Assembly (NCBI GenBank): GCA_977017645.1
Contig: OZ360236.1
Coordinates: 64,666,001 to 64,730,000, forward strand
Source of the DNA: Torpedo marmorata
Lineage: Eukaryota
Reading direction: 5' to 3'
DNA length: 64,000 nt
Positions 1 to 12,195 of this stretch are shown piece by piece. Each line of letters begins with the position of its first letter. The stretch's first letter is position 1. The position numbers and the translations under genes are program-made. The notes beneath the pieces were generated by a model. The model had not been told where the DNA came from. It worked only from the letters and a program-made list of their open reading frames with translations, and did not search any database.

Positions 1-2
1 AT

Positions 3-770
3 ATGCTGGAAAAGATAAAGTTGGAAAATGAGAGGGGACAAGAAGAGCACCAAGATCAAATTCGTCATCCTGCTGAGGGGTTTTTGGCTAGTAGAGAAGT
101 TAGGTCGGTTCCTCCATTTGAGGAGGCAGAAATAGATAAGTACTTCCAACATTTTGAGAAGGTGGCTGTGAAATTAAAATGGCCACAAGACCAATGGTCT
201 CTTATGTTACAAAGTGTAATAAAAGGAAAAGCTCAGCAAGCTTATTCTACTCTTACCACGGAGCAAGCTGCTGATTATGAAACGGTGAAAAAGGCTATAC
301 TCCAGGCTTATGAGTTAGTTCCAGAGGCTTATAGACAGAAGTTTAGAAATTTAAAAAGATCAGCAACCCAATCTTATACAGAGTTTGCCTATGAAAAGGT
401 TGTGTGCTTTGACAGGTGGTGCACATCTAAGGCGGTAAACAAAGATTACAATCAATTGAGAGAATTGATAATAATCGAGGAGATAAAAAGGTGTGTTCCT
501 GAGGATATTAAGGCATACTTAGATGAAAAGGAGGTGAAAACTTGGCAAAATTCAGCTAAGTTAGCAGATGAATATGCTTTAACCCACAAGCCTAAGTGGA
601 CGTCAGGCAGAATTTTCCAAAAGGTCACTGTGGATAATCACAAGCAAGTGGAAAGTAAATTTGGAAGTGGTGTTAAGGAAAGGGATTAAGGAAAGTGGAA
701 AAGGGAAAACCATTCAGGTCCCATTTGCCACTACTGTAGGAAGGCTGGTCATATGATAGCAAGCTGTCCA
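3..770 (+). pseudogene. gag: gag of Gmr1-like element (SCAN-like capsid C-terminal region, CCHC zinc knuckle)
   Basis: PEAYRQKFRNLK...LRELIIIEEIKRCVPEDIKAYL is SCAN-like. A premature TAA at 687-689 precedes the in-frame knuckle CHYCRKAGHMIASC. Confidence 0.85.
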
Positions 771-2996
771 GTGTTGAAAAAGAAGAGAGAAAAGGATGCA
801 AAACCTAATGCTTGTATTCAGAGTGAGAAGAGGCATAACACCCAGGAAGGAGATAAATTTACTGACAAAGTTAAAGATGTATTTAAACCTTTTGTGACTG
901 ATGGTTTTGTTTCAGTTAAGGCAGGATCAAAACAAGTTCCAGTGAAAATCTTGCAAGATACTGGAGCTGCTCAGTCACTTGTGTTAGATAGTGTCTTGGA
1001 ATTTTGTGAAGCTACTGACACTGGTGACATAAATTTAATTAAAGGAATTGGTGGTGATGTTGAGTCCATTCCTTTGCACAAAATAGTATTGGACTCAGAC
1101 TTGGTGGAAGGACCTGTTATAATAGGAGTGAGATCAGAGTTGCCAGTAGAAGGAGTCTCACTGTTGTTAGGCAATGACTTGGCCAAGGGTAAAGTAGTTC
1201 TTGCAGTGCGAATGACCACTAAGCCAGTCATTGATAAGTCAGAGAAAGACTCTGATATTTATCCGGCATGTGCCATAACCAGGGCCATGTCTAAGAAAAA
1301 TGTCACTGTAGACAAGGCAGTGGAAAATAACTTAGTAAAAGAAAAAGACACTGATAATCAAGAAAACCTGGAAAAGGTTGAGCAATCTCCTATGTTACAC
1401 CCATCCACTGATAAGACACCTAAAGGCACAGATTTGTCACTATCCCAACAGGAGCTGATAGCAAGGCAAAAGGACGATCCTGATCTTGCTGAGGTGAGGG
1501 ATAAGGTTCTCTCTGAAGAGGAGATTAACAAGGTGCCAGTGGGTTATTATGAAAAAGATGGGGTATTGATGAGAAAGTGGAGACCATGTGATGTTCCTGC
1601 CAATGAAGAGTGGGCAGTAGTGCAGCAGGTTGTAATCCCTAAAGTATATAGGGATGGAGTAATAACTTTGGCTCATAGCACACCCTTAGGTGGTCACCTT
1701 GGGGTGAAGAAAACTATAAGGAAGATAATGAAGCAATTTTATTGGCCCAGTTTGAGAAGGGAGGTTGTAAGCTTTTGCCGGGCCTGTCACACTTGTCAGG
1801 TGGTGGGTAAACCTAATCAGGGTCCCCCGGTGGCACCCTTGCAACCTATCCCTGCTTTCATTGAGCCTTTCTCGAGAGTAATTGTGGACTGTGTTGGCCA
1901 ATTGCCCAAAACCAAAGCGGGGAATGAGTATTTGTTAACAATTATGTGTGCAGCCACCAGATTTCCAGAGGCCATTCCTCTGAGAAACATTAAAGCAAAG
2001 TCAATTGTGAAGGCTATGGTAAAGTTTTTCACCTTGGTAGGTTTGCCAAGGGAAATTCAATCAGATCAGGGCAGTAATTTCATGTCAGGTATTTACCAAC
2101 AAGTGGTTGATGGTCTGGGAGTTAAACAGATTGTATCCTCTGCGTACCATCCAGAAAGTCAAGGGGCCTTGGAGGGGTTCCATTCGACTTTGAAAAACAT
2201 GATTAGAACTTATTGTTGTGAGAAGGAAAAGGATTGGGAAGAGGGGGTTCATTTGTTGTTATTTGCAGTGAGGGAGTCTGTCCAAGACTCACTTGGTTTT
2301 AGTCCATTCGAGTTAGTTTTCGGACATGAGGTGAGAGGTCCTTTAAGATTATTAAAAGAACAGTGGATTAATAATGATGTGCATTTAAATCTGTTAGATT
2401 ATGTTTCCAAATTTAAGGATCGGTTAAATAGGGCTTGTGAGATGGCAAAGGAGAATTTAAAGGCCACTCAACAGAGAATGAAGGTTTGGTATGATCGAAA
2501 GGCTAAGATGAGAACTTTTAAACCTGGTGAGAACGTATTAGTTCTGTTTCCCATCCATTCAAATCCTCTTAGGGCTAGATTTTCAGGACCCTATAGAGTT
2601 AAGTCAAAAATTAATGATGTCCCCTATGTCATAGAAACACCTAATCGCAGACGAGACACACAGGTCTGTCATGTGAATATGATTAAGCCATATTTTGAAC
2701 AGGTGCCGCAAAAAGGGACTGAACATTTACCAGAGGTGCTGGTTATTGATCAGGGTAAGGAGGAGACAGATAAAACCAGTTTCAGAGAGGGTCATGGGAC
2801 ACAGAAATTGATAAGCCCGAGGTTGGAAAATTCCATGATTTTGAGCAATCTGGAGACAAAGTTGGCTCATCTGAAAACTTCAGAAAAGGAAGAGATGAGT
2901 CAGTTATTTTTAAAATTTATAAATTTATTTCCCGATGTGCCTCAGAAAATTTCTATCGCTTATCATGATGTGGATGGAGGAGATGCAAACCGATAA
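753..2996 (+). CDS. pol: Retrotransposon protease + integrase (pol, N-terminal part)
   Basis: Aspartyl protease DTGA; integrase HHCC (HSTPLGGH...CRACHTC); DDE core (IVDCVG, SDQGSNF, SQGALE); GPY motif. A frameshift near 2990 separates it from RT. Confidence 0.9.
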   Translation: MIASCPVLKKKREKDAKPNACIQSEKRHNTQEGDKFTDKVKDVFKPFVTDGFVSVKAGSKQVPVKILQDTGAAQSLVLDSVLEFCEATDTGDINLIKGIGGDVESIPLHKIVLDSDLVEGPVIIGVRSELPVEGVSLLLGNDLAKGKVVLAVRMTTKPVIDKSEKDSDIYPACAITRAMSKKNVTVDKAVENNLVKEKDTDNQENLEKVEQSPMLHPSTDKTPKGTDLSLSQQELIARQKDDPDLAEVRDKVLSEEEINKVPVGYYEKDGVLMRKWRPCDVPANEEWAVVQQVVIPKVYRDGVITLAHSTPLGGHLGVKKTIRKIMKQFYWPSLRREVVSFCRACHTCQVVGKPNQGPPVAPLQPIPAFIEPFSRVIVDCVGQLPKTKAGNEYLLTIMCAATRFPEAIPLRNIKAKSIVKAMVKFFTLVGLPREIQSDQGSNFMSGIYQQVVDGLGVKQIVSSAYHPESQGALEGFHSTLKNMIRTYCCEKEKDWEEGVHLLLFAVRESVQDSLGFSPFELVFGHEVRGPLRLLKEQWINNDVHLNLLDYVSKFKDRLNRACEMAKENLKATQQRMKVWYDRKAKMRTFKPGENVLVLFPIHSNPLRARFSGPYRVKSKINDVPYVIETPNRRRDTQVCHVNMIKPYFEQVPQKGTEHLPEVLVIDQGKEETDKTSFREGHGTQKLISPRLENSMILSNLETKLAHLKTSEKEEMSQLFLKFINLFPDVPQKISIAYHDVDGGDANR

Positions 2997-3058
2997 AACA
3001 GCATCCCTATCGAATCTATGCGGAAAAGTGTAAACTGGTAGATCAGGAAATTGACTAC

Positions 3059-4018
3059 ATGGTAAAGAACAATATCATTCGAAAGTCTACTTCTAATTGG
3101 AGTTCCCCTTGTGTTTTAGTGCCTAAGCCTGATGGAACAGTTAGGTTTTGCACTGATTATAGGAAAGTAAATGCTGTAACAAAGACAGATGCTTATCCTA
3201 TTCCTAGAATAGACAATTGTATAGACAAGGTGGGGAAGGCCAAATTTCTTACAAAAATTGACTTATTAAAAAGGTACTGGTGTGTTCCTTTGACAAAAAG
3301 GGCTAGGGAGATTTCTGCATTTGTAACACCTTTTGGGCTGTATGAGTATAATGTTATGCCTTTTGGTATGAAGAATGCTCCAGGAACATTTCAGAGAATG
3401 ATTAATTCAGTAATTCAAGGGTTGAAAAACACAGGTGCTTACATTGATGATTTAATTGTAAGTAGTGAGACCTGGGAAGAGCATGTCTTTGAGCTAAAAC
3501 AACTGTTCGAACGACTGTCCAAAGCAAATCTCACAGTTAATTTAAGTAAAAGTGAGTTTGGACATGCTACTGTTATTTATCTGGGTTATGTAGTAGGACA
3601 GGGGCAGTTGGCGCCAGTAGAGGCAAAGGTTGTGACTATTTCCGAGTTCCCTGTTCCAACTGGTAAGCAAACTCTGAGGAGGTTCCTGGGAATGATTGGC
3701 TACTACTGCAAGTTCTGTAAAAACTTTGCTGATTTTGCGCTCCCTCTCACAAATTTGCTTAGAAAGAAAGAAAAATTTGTATGGTCGACAGGTTGTCAGG
3801 AAGCATTTGTCAAATTGAAAGCCATGTTATGCCACAAACCTGTGCTTAAGTCACCTAATTTAGAACAGCCGTTTTCTTTAGCCGTGGATGCCAGTGATGA
3901 AGCTGTGGGTGCGGTGCTGTTACAGAAGAAGAACGAAGAGGACATTGACCATCCGGTATCCTACTTCTCGAAGAAGTTCAATGATCATCAAAGGAATTAT
4001 TCAACCATAGAAAAAGAG
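3059..4018 (+). pseudogene. pol: Gypsy reverse transcriptase and N-terminal RNase H
   Basis: WSSPCVLVPKPDG, MPFGMKNAPGTFQR, YIDD, VDAS, RNYSTIEKE. Cut by the LINE insertion after 4018. Confidence 0.9.
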
Positions 4019-5855
4019 AAAATAATGGCTTTATCCCAAGGTGATTATACTAGGTGTAGAGAAGTTACGGAATTTAAGTGGGCAAAAGAAGGAATTAAAT
4101 ATTTGGGAGTTAAAGTGGATACAAAATTAGAAAATTTATATAAATTAAATTATGTACCTTTATTTACGAAAATAAAGAAAGATTTGGAAAATTGGAAAGA
4201 TTTGCCTATAACTTTAATGGGGAGAGTAAATTGTATTAAGATGAATATTTTTCCAAGAATTCAATATCTTTTTCAATCAATTACTTTTGGAATTCCAAAA
4301 ATTTTTTTTAAAGATTTAAAGTTTATAATTAGGAATTTTTTATGGAAAGAGAAGTTAGCAAGAGTGAGTATGGATAAGTTAACATGGAATTATGAGATGG
4401 GAGGATTGCAACTTCCTAATTTTCAATATTATTATAAAGCATCTCAATTAAAATTTGTTAATGAATTTTTTGATTTAGCTAAACCTTCTGCTTGGGTTAA
4501 TATTGAATTAAATAATATAGGAGAAAATTATAAAGAGGATATTATTTATAAGTGGAATTCTAAATTATTATTAGTAAAAAAGAAAAATTCACCGATTATT
4601 AAACATTTGTTGGAAATATGGACACAGGTAGATAAAGAAATAGGCGGCAGAGGATTAATTTCTTTAAATATGCCATTATATCAAAATCCACTTTTATTAT
4701 TTACTATGAATAATCAGTTATTGAAAGCATGGTTTCAAAAGGAATTAAGAATTTTAAAGATTGTTTTGAGGCTGGAAGATTTGTTACGTTTCAAAGATTG
4801 AAGGAAAAATTTAATGTATTAGATAATACATGGTTAGCTTATTATCAAGTTAAAGCTTTTCTGGTTGAGAAATTAGGAGAAGATTTGATTGCTTCAAGAC
4901 ATAATGAGTTAGAATTATTAATAACTAAAGCAAATGTTAATAAGTTTATTTCTCAAATGTATAAATTATTTCAGAGAAAAATGCCTAAAGTAGGATTACA
5001 TAAATCAAGATTAAAATGGGAATTAGATTTAAATGTTAATATAGCTGAAAATCACTGGAAAGATTTATGTAAATTAAGATTGACTAAAGTTATTAATGTT
5101 AGATATAGATTAGTACAATATTTTTTTTTCATCAACTGTATTTAACACCAAAAAAATTAAAGAAATTTAATCCGACATTGTCGGACTTGTGTTTTAGATG
5201 TAAGAAGGAAGTAGGTTCTTTTGTTCATTTTACATGGTTATGTCCAAAGATTCAAGATTTCTGGTTGAAAGTTAAGAATTTTTTAGATAGAGTTTTTAAA
5301 GTTATGTTTCCATTGGACCCTATGTTATTTTTATTTAGAGATATTAGAAAATTTAGTATTAGGAATAGATTGAATATGTATCAGGTAGAATTTTTGCGAA
5401 TTGCTTTAGCTGTCTCAAAAAAATGTATTGCTATTACTTGGAAATCAGATTTAGATTTAAATTTAGATAGGTGGCATGCAGAACTTCGTTCATGTATTCC
5501 TTTGGAAAAAATTACTTACAATTTACGTAATAAATATCATTCCTTTTTTAAAAATTTGGAGCCCATATATGAGTTATGGGTTTAAGGATTTGAAATCTCT
5601 AGAAATCAGGTCTATTGGCGAGTTTAACCTTCAGGATAAAATAAGTTTTTGGATGGTTCTCTCCTCTCTATTAATTTACTTTTTTCTTTCTTCTTTTTTT
5701 TAAACTATTTTTAGATTAGTGGGGTTGGGGGGGTTAGGGAAGGGTGGGAGGGTTTGGGGGGAGGAAATTTATATCACTTGTATTTTGGAAAGTATATATT
5801 TTGAATTGTGTATTGTGTGATTTAAAAATTTAAATAAAATATTTAAAAAAAAAAC
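4019..5855 (+). mobile_element. 5'-truncated L1/Tx1 LINE (ORF2 C-terminus, 3' UTR, polyA)
   Basis: IKYLGV, GGLQLPNF, CCHC (CFRC...HFTWLC), LEKITY; AATAAA and A-tail; TSD CCATAGAAAAAGAG at 4005-4018 and 5856-5869. Confidence 0.93.
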
Positions 5856-5869
5856 CCATAGAAAAAGAG

Positions 5870-6097
5870 TTGTTGGCTCTTGTGTTGGCTCTACACCATT
5901 TTGATGTGTATATCTGTACAGCTCAAAAACCACTCATAGTGTATACTGACCATAATCCATTGGTTTTTCTTTGTAAAATGAAAAATAAGAATCGACGGTT
6001 GTTGAATTGGAGTCTAATTTTGCAAGAATATGATTTGGTAATAACACATATAAAAGGGAAAGATAATGTAATTGCTGATTGTCTTTCTAGATGTTAA
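5870..6097 (+). pseudogene. pol: C-terminal RNase H of the Gmr1-like element
   Basis: LALVLALHHF...YTDHNPL...GKDNVIADCLSR continues from EKE across the TSD. Confidence 0.92.
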
Positions 6098-6228
6098 ACT
6101 TTATCAATGAAAGTAGTTCATATTTTGTATTTGTGGATGAACATTGTAGATTTTGTTTATATTGTGACACCTCAATTATTTCCAAAATTTTGTTCTTGCA
6201 GACCAAAATTTTCTTTGTGGGTGGGAGG

Positions 6229-6933
6229 TGTTATGGACCATGACTGACCATTTGGACTGCGGACGGTCAGCAGGAAGGATGAAGTCTTTTGGAGTACACA
6301 CTGGCACCAGGTACTGAAAGAGTTAACTTGCCCAGGACTTGGTGTACCCAGAGAGAGAGAGAGAGAGCAGAGAGAGACAGGCTGTGGAAAAGATACTTTG
6401 TTGCACTTTTGCAAAAGCAGGTGCAGACCTCTGCAAAAAGCAGGCAGTTTGGAGTTGCAAAGGCTAGAGAACACAGCCAAATCCAGGCTTGTGCATCCCA
6501 GAGAAAATGCTGGAAGAATAGCACATGGCCTCCTGTCTCAGAGAAATCCTGAGTTAAAAGCAACTTTTGTGGAGAACAGGCGTGAGATCAGTGAGACCAG
6601 CTGTGAGATCCAAGCACACGCCTCAATCAGTGGTATACTGATTTGGAGTCGCAATCCTCGTGAATCTCTACCAAAAATGAAAGTCATCAGAGAAGAAAAA
6701 ACAAGCCAAGTGTTCGTTAGCATAAACAGTTATTGTCTCTCTCCAACGTTCATTGAAAAGTCCTTCTACCAGCACACAGAGCTGAATTTGGAACCTGAAC
6801 TTAGAGAGTGAATTTTTTTGTGGACTGTATTATATTTTTTTGACTGACTTGTTTTTATGACTGACCTGGGGTTTTTGGGGAAAGTTTTTCCATTTTTACA
6901 TGAGGGTTTGGCACAGACTGTAATGGTCTGGGC

Positions 6934-6968
<35 letters not shown>

Positions 6969-7113
6969 TTTAGATAAGAATAGTGTTTATAGACGTTTAT
7001 AGTGGGGTTAATTGTTGTGAAATTATATGTTTAATTGTCTTTAATAAATATAAATTTCAATTTTACCCCTTTTGCATTGCGTCTTCTGTCGTTGCTGGTT
7101 TGATTTTGTAATA
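6229..7113 (+). repeat. 3' LTR of Gmr1-like element
   Basis: Begins TGTTATGGACC after the PPT and ends GTAATA (GTAACA in the solo copy). Colinear with copies at 22677-23538 and 56781-57662. Contains (GA)n and (AC)n tracts. Confidence 0.9.
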
Positions 7114-7114
7114 A

Positions 7115-7218
7115 TGGGGAGAACATACAAACTCCTTAGAGACAGCGCCAGATTTAAACCCGGATTGCTGGCGCTGTAATATCGTTGTGTTAACCGCTAC
7201 ACTACCTGTGCTGCCCTG
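7115..7218 (-). mobile_element. tRNA-derived V-SINE, 5' fragment
   Basis: Reverse complement resembles the head of the SINE at 50948. Confidence 0.7.
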
Positions 7219-8714
7219 TATAGACTTGTATAGATTTATGTTTAAATTCAAGTATTCTCGATGACAGACTGTTGGGATATTATAAGTAAGAAAACGAATT
7301 TGAAGAATATTATCCATGGCCAAGTTGGAAAAAAAAAAGCTTTTAACATTTATGAAAAGATTGCAGAAAATGAATCAAGGTTATTTTTCATAATAATGTA
7401 AAAATACCATTGCTGAAAAGCCACTGACTACCAATGTTAATACAGGTCCCTCAGTACGTGTTAAAAGGCTAGTCAATTAAGTCTCTGTTCATTGCCTGTT
7501 TTGTTATGCATGTGCAAAGGGAAATATTCAAAATGCTGTAAACAGCCAGACAACATTTACCCATGAGGAAGTCATCTCTGAGGAAAGGCAAGCTAGCATA
7601 AACTATATCAGCTTAATGATCATTCTCTAAAGATTACATTTGACGGAGCATAAAATCATTTTAATTTAGGCCCTCCAGGCTTTGTTAGAAAGGATCATAC
7701 AATTTCTATTGCTCATTATGATGATTCACTGTGGTCCCTGATGGTTTTTAAGTCGTGAATATCTAATATAGTAGCTTCTTCTCTGCTCCTGTCTATAAAT
7801 TCTATGGTAGAATAATTGCTTATATTTATGTTATGCGCTGCAGCGTGTATGTACTTCCGAGAATGCTCACTCTGGAGGATTATTTTTGTGCACTTCTGCT
7901 GGAGGGAAGGATAGATTCACTGTTGCAACAGTCTCTAACTGAACAAGGATGTTTCATGGCCGCCAATCAAAATAGTAGGAATAGAGTGAAACAGCAGTGG
8001 TGCAGAGCAACCTCACAGATGAAAATTGAACTTACTTGAAAAATACAGTTTTTTTAAAACAATAAATTGCTTTTTAACATACCATTTTTAGGTTTAGGTT
8101 ATGCATATAAAATCACACATCACAGAATCATTTCAGAATTCTTTGATTATTCCTGTGTCTCGGTGGGTTTCGGAGGCACTGGTGTAACACAAAACCATAT
8201 ACATTAGGAAGTGCCTCAGTATGATTTCCAGCATGTTAGTTGATGATTATTGAGTTAGTTGCTCCTGAGCAAGACAGCTGCTGTAACTGTCATTCTCCAT
8301 TCCCTCAGGATGATGATCTTAGGACAACAGAGATTTACCTTATGGAAAGAAGCCATTTGTCCCATTTATTAAAAATATACAAAGCATAATCCTCTGCCTC
8401 TTTCTCTTTCCCCAGCTTTATAACTCCTTCTGTTTTGTTCCTTAACCAATTTCCTCTTTAAAAACACAATGAAGTGACAACATTTATTTGCAGGTTCAAT
8501 GATAACTTCTGAATGGAAATTGAAAAGAATACTTAAAATGGATCAGTTAGAGAATGGGAAAGAGTAGACGAGTGAAATCAATTGTAAAGTTCTTTCACGC
8601 TGTGCTGAATACTTCTCTACGCCGTGTCATCCTGCAATGTTACAAATAATGCAGAAGCAATTTAGGACAGGGATAAGGAGAAAATCCTTCATTGGGATGG
8701 TGGTGAATCTTTGG

Positions 8715-9310
8715 TATAAATGATCCTAGTAATCATGATCTTACTAATAATCAAAAACATGTGATTGCTTTTTCTTCTCTGGTTGCAAGGTGACAGATCT
8801 TGCTAAAATGGAAGGATGGTAATCCTCCTATCTATGAAGATTGGCTATCAAGTTTAATGTCCTACTTAACATTAGAAAAAATAAGATGTTCAAATATTAA
8901 ATTAAACCTAAAATTTACTAATATTTAGGGTTCCTTTATGGAATATTATCAGAGTTTATGATTCCTCATGCCTTGAAGTTATATTATCTCTACAGGTCAG
9001 TGCAATTCTGGGGTGGGGGTAGGTGGTAGGCTAGTTCAGAGAGCTTTAGCTTTTATAAAAAATGTATTACGATGGAATTACTATGTTATCTTTTTTTTGT
9101 GGCTTGGTTCTTTTTATATCTATTGATATTATAATACTAAATTGTAAAGAAAAAAAAATTGATATATATCTGTAATGTATACTCTGTTATGGATGGATTA
9201 ATGGAACATGTGATAATGCTTTTCTTTGCTTTTTCTTTGTAAACGTTTATAGTGAATGAACTGTTATATCCATGATTTTATAGAATTAATAAAGAGATTT
9301 AAAAAAGAAA
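8715..9310 (+). mobile_element. Old L1/Tx1 3' fragment inside a CR1 3' remnant
   Basis: LLKWKD...LEKIR-like coding remnant, T-rich UTR, AATAAA and A-tail. The flanks rejoin as CR1-like GTGGTGAATCTTTGG|AATTCTCT. Confidence 0.65.
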
Positions 9311-9632
9311 AGGAATTCTCTATTGCAGGGGCTGTGGAGAATCAGCCACTTCATTCATTCAGAACACAGACTGACCTGTTTCTGGATATTAAGGAATCAA
9401 GGAATAGAGCCAGAAAATGGAGCTGAAGAGAAGATAGAACATAATGTTGATGAATTAGGGAACAAGCTCAAAGGACCAGACGATCAGCTCCTACTCCTAA
9501 TTCTTATGTCTTTATATTAGAACTGAAATTCAGGAATAAGTCTCAAACCACAATATCCCCACAGAATGCTGTCAAGTGAGACAAATTAAATATTAATTAA
9601 GAATGATAGAATAGCAGATGTTATTTTTTTAA

Positions 9633-9790
9633 AGTAAATACACAAAAGTGCTGGAGAATCTCAGCCGGTTCCGCAACGTCCCTAGGAAGTAAAGATATAT
9701 AACCAACATTTTGGGCCAGCTCAGGCTGAGCTTCCTCGGGACTTTTGTGTATTTACTACAATCACAGCATCTGCAGACTTTCTTGTTACA
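9633..9790. mobile_element. Miniature fold-back of Penelope-like 3' termini
   Basis: AGTAAATACACAAAAGTGCTGGAGAATCTCAGC is in inverted orientation to GCTGAGCTTCCTCGGGACTTTTGTGTATTTACT. Same terminus family as 39270 and 44027. Confidence 0.7.
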
Positions 9791-9894
9791 ACTTTTTTCT
9801 TCACTTTGTTCAAGTTTTGTGATTAAAAGAATTATTGAAAACTGAAATAGTTAGCCTCAAAAATGGCATTGTAAATCATACATTCTTAAGTAGG

Positions 9895-10085
9895 TCAGCT
9901 ACCAGTAATCAGCTGGAGGAACAGCATCTGTGGGAGAAAAAGAAATGTCAATGTTTTCAGCCTTGATGAAGGGTTCTGGCCTGAAACGTTGACCATTCTT
10001 TTTCTCCCATTGTTGCTGCTCAACCTGCTGAGTTCCTCCATCAGATTGTTTATTGCTCCAGATTCCAGCATCTGCAGTCTCTCAT
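9895..10085 (+). mobile_element. Penelope-terminus-derived short element with degenerate hammerhead motif
   Basis: CCTTGATGAAGGGTTCTGGCCTGAAACGTT (9961-9990) is flanked by inverted GGGAGAAAAAGAA / TTCTTTTTCTCCC and followed by CCTGCTGAGTTCCTCCA. Confidence 0.65.
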
Positions 10086-10139
10086 GTGCCCCCATGGGAT
10101 GCTTGTTCACCTAGAAGGATTGCAGAGTACTTTACTTGT

Positions 10140-10530
10140 CTGAATAGGGGATACAAAATCATTGAGGACCCCTACCACCCCGCACACAGCGTCTTTCAAC
10201 TACTTCTGTCGGGAAAGAGATACAGGAGTATCAGAGCCAGCACCACCTGGCTGAGGAACAGCTTCTTCCCACGGGCAGTGACAATGCTAAACGACCAAAA
10301 GAACTGCTCACACTAAACATCCGAGTCTCTCACATTCATGAACAATATTTGTATATTTATTTAAATATAGGAATACTTGTACTGCATATGTATTGTTTGT
10401 CTGTATGCGTGTTATGTCTGATTGTGTGTCTGCGTGTTTTGCACTGAGGAACGGAGAACGCTGTTTCGTCGGGTTATACTTGTACAATCAGATGACAATA
10501 AACTTGACTTGACTTGATTTGACTTGACTT
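10140..10530 (+). mobile_element. Rex1/Babar LINE 3' fragment
   Basis: IIEDPYHPAHSVFQLLLSGKRYRSI...RNSFFPRAV, then AATAAA and an (ACTTG)n tail. Confidence 0.85.
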
Positions 10531-10924
10531 TAGTTTTCCAAAGGAATATGAATTAGGGCCACTGTCCTCCGTTGTAAACAGACCAGTCAGGTCCCTGCGC
10601 TTGCCATTGTAGAATAGCACTTCTAATCAATGCAGATAAAGATCTATGATATGATCATAGAAATATACAGTACAGAAATGGGGCCTTTGGACTCGCCTCA
10701 TCTATGCTGACTGTGGTGCTAACCCCATTTTTCCTGCATCAGGCTCATATCACTCTCTCTTCTATGTTGCTAAAATATCCAGAGTCACTGCAAAGGCTTC
10801 TGTGCCAGCCTGAGCATGCCTCCAGTATTCCTCGAGAATCTATTCTTGGCCCCCTCCTATTTCTCATCTTCTGGCTGTTCCATGAAACCATTAACTTAAA
10901 TACAGTTTTGATGAAGTGTTTTCA

Positions 10925-11543
10925 ACACAGGACATCACAGGCAAAACCCTCCTCACCATCGAAAACATCTACAGGGAACCCTGCAGTCGGAGAGCAGCAG
11001 CAATCATCAAGGATCCACACCACACAGCACACGGTCTGGTGTGGAGACACCAATACCCCTGAGTGTAAAGCCTTGCAAAATGTAGTGTACAAGCCCAGGA
11101 CATCACAGGCAAAACTCTCCCCACTATCGAGAACATCTACAAGGGAACATAGACGTCGGAAAGCAGCAGCAATCAACAAGGATCCACACCACCCAGCACA
11201 CGCTCTGTTCTCGCTGCTACATTCAGGAAAGAGGTATAGGTGCCACAAGACTCGCACCACCAGGTTCAGGAACAGCTGCTACCCCTCCACCATCAGACTC
11301 CTCAACAACAAACTCAATCAGGGACTCATTTAAGGACTCTGACTTTTGCACTTTATTGATTTTTTTCTCTGTGTATTGCACAATCAGTTTGTTTACATTT
11401 CTTTATTTGTTTACATGTGTACATTGTGTACAGTTTTTTTTTTGCACTACCAGTGAGTAGTAATTCTGCCTCATCCGAAGGAAAAAGCATCTCAGGGTTG
11501 TATGTGATGTCATGTCTGTACTCTGACAATAAATCTGAAATCT
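10925..11543 (+). mobile_element. Rex1/Babar LINE 3' fragment with 5' partial duplication
   Basis: [22 protein letters not shown]. The 3' UTR matches 17270-17520 and ends AATAAATCTGAAATCT. Confidence 0.85.
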
Positions 11544-11719
11544 CATCCTGAGGCCCTTTTTCTCCACAGATGCTGCCTGACCTGCTGGGTGTTTCCAGTG
11601 TTTTCTATGTTGAGTTCAAATTTCCAGCATTTCCAGTTTCTTTCCTCAATATAAAGGTGGTGTCAGTTTCCACATGGACAATGATGATGCCCATGCTTTC
11701 TGCTCTGCCATCTCTCTCA

Positions 11720-12195
11720 GAGAAGGTGCAAAGGAGATTTACCAGGATTTTTCCTGGATTGGAGAATATGTCTTCAATATGAATCAAGGTTGACAGAACT
11801 AGGGCTTTTCTCTTTGGAGTGATGAAGGATGAAAGGTGACTTATCAGAGGTATATGAGGGATTTATATAGGGTGGACAGCCAGCACCTCTTTCTGTGGGT
11901 GACAATAGTAAATACCAGAGGTGAGTGTGTTTCAGGTGAGTGGAGGAAAGTTTAGGGCAGATGTCAGAGGTATGTTTTTTGCACAGAGAGCGGTGGGTGC
12001 GTGGACTGCATTGCCGGGGGTGGTGGTGGAGGCTGCTACAATAGGGACATTAAAAAGATTCTTAGGCACACGGATGTAAAAATAAAAGAGGTTTATGGGT
12101 GTGAGGTAGGGAAAAGTTACATTGCTGTTGTCTAGGTTTCCATAGGTCAGCACAACTTCATGGGCTGAAGGGCCCGTACTGTGCTGATATGTTCT
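11720..12195 (+). mobile_element. Old CR1 LINE 3' fragment
   Basis: EKVQRRFTRIFPGLE and a CR1-type 3' end GGGCTGAAGGGCCCGTACTGTGCTG. Confidence 0.75.

Larger units (their letters stand above)
1..7113 (+). mobile_element. Gmr1-like Ty3/Gypsy LTR retrotransposon (5' end outside window), defective, interrupted by an L1/Tx1 insertion
   Basis: Domain order is gag, protease (LQDTGA), integrase, RT (YIDD), RNase H, i.e. integrase upstream of RT as in the Gmr1 clade. A purine-rich PPT-like GTGGGTGGGAGG (6217-6228) directly precedes the 3' LTR. Confidence 0.93.

Noticed and set aside
6172-6966. Short ORFs repeated at 22.6-23.4 kb and 57.1-57.7 kb as a gene family
   Set aside because: They are incidental ORFs in copies of the same LTR, with frames not conserved.
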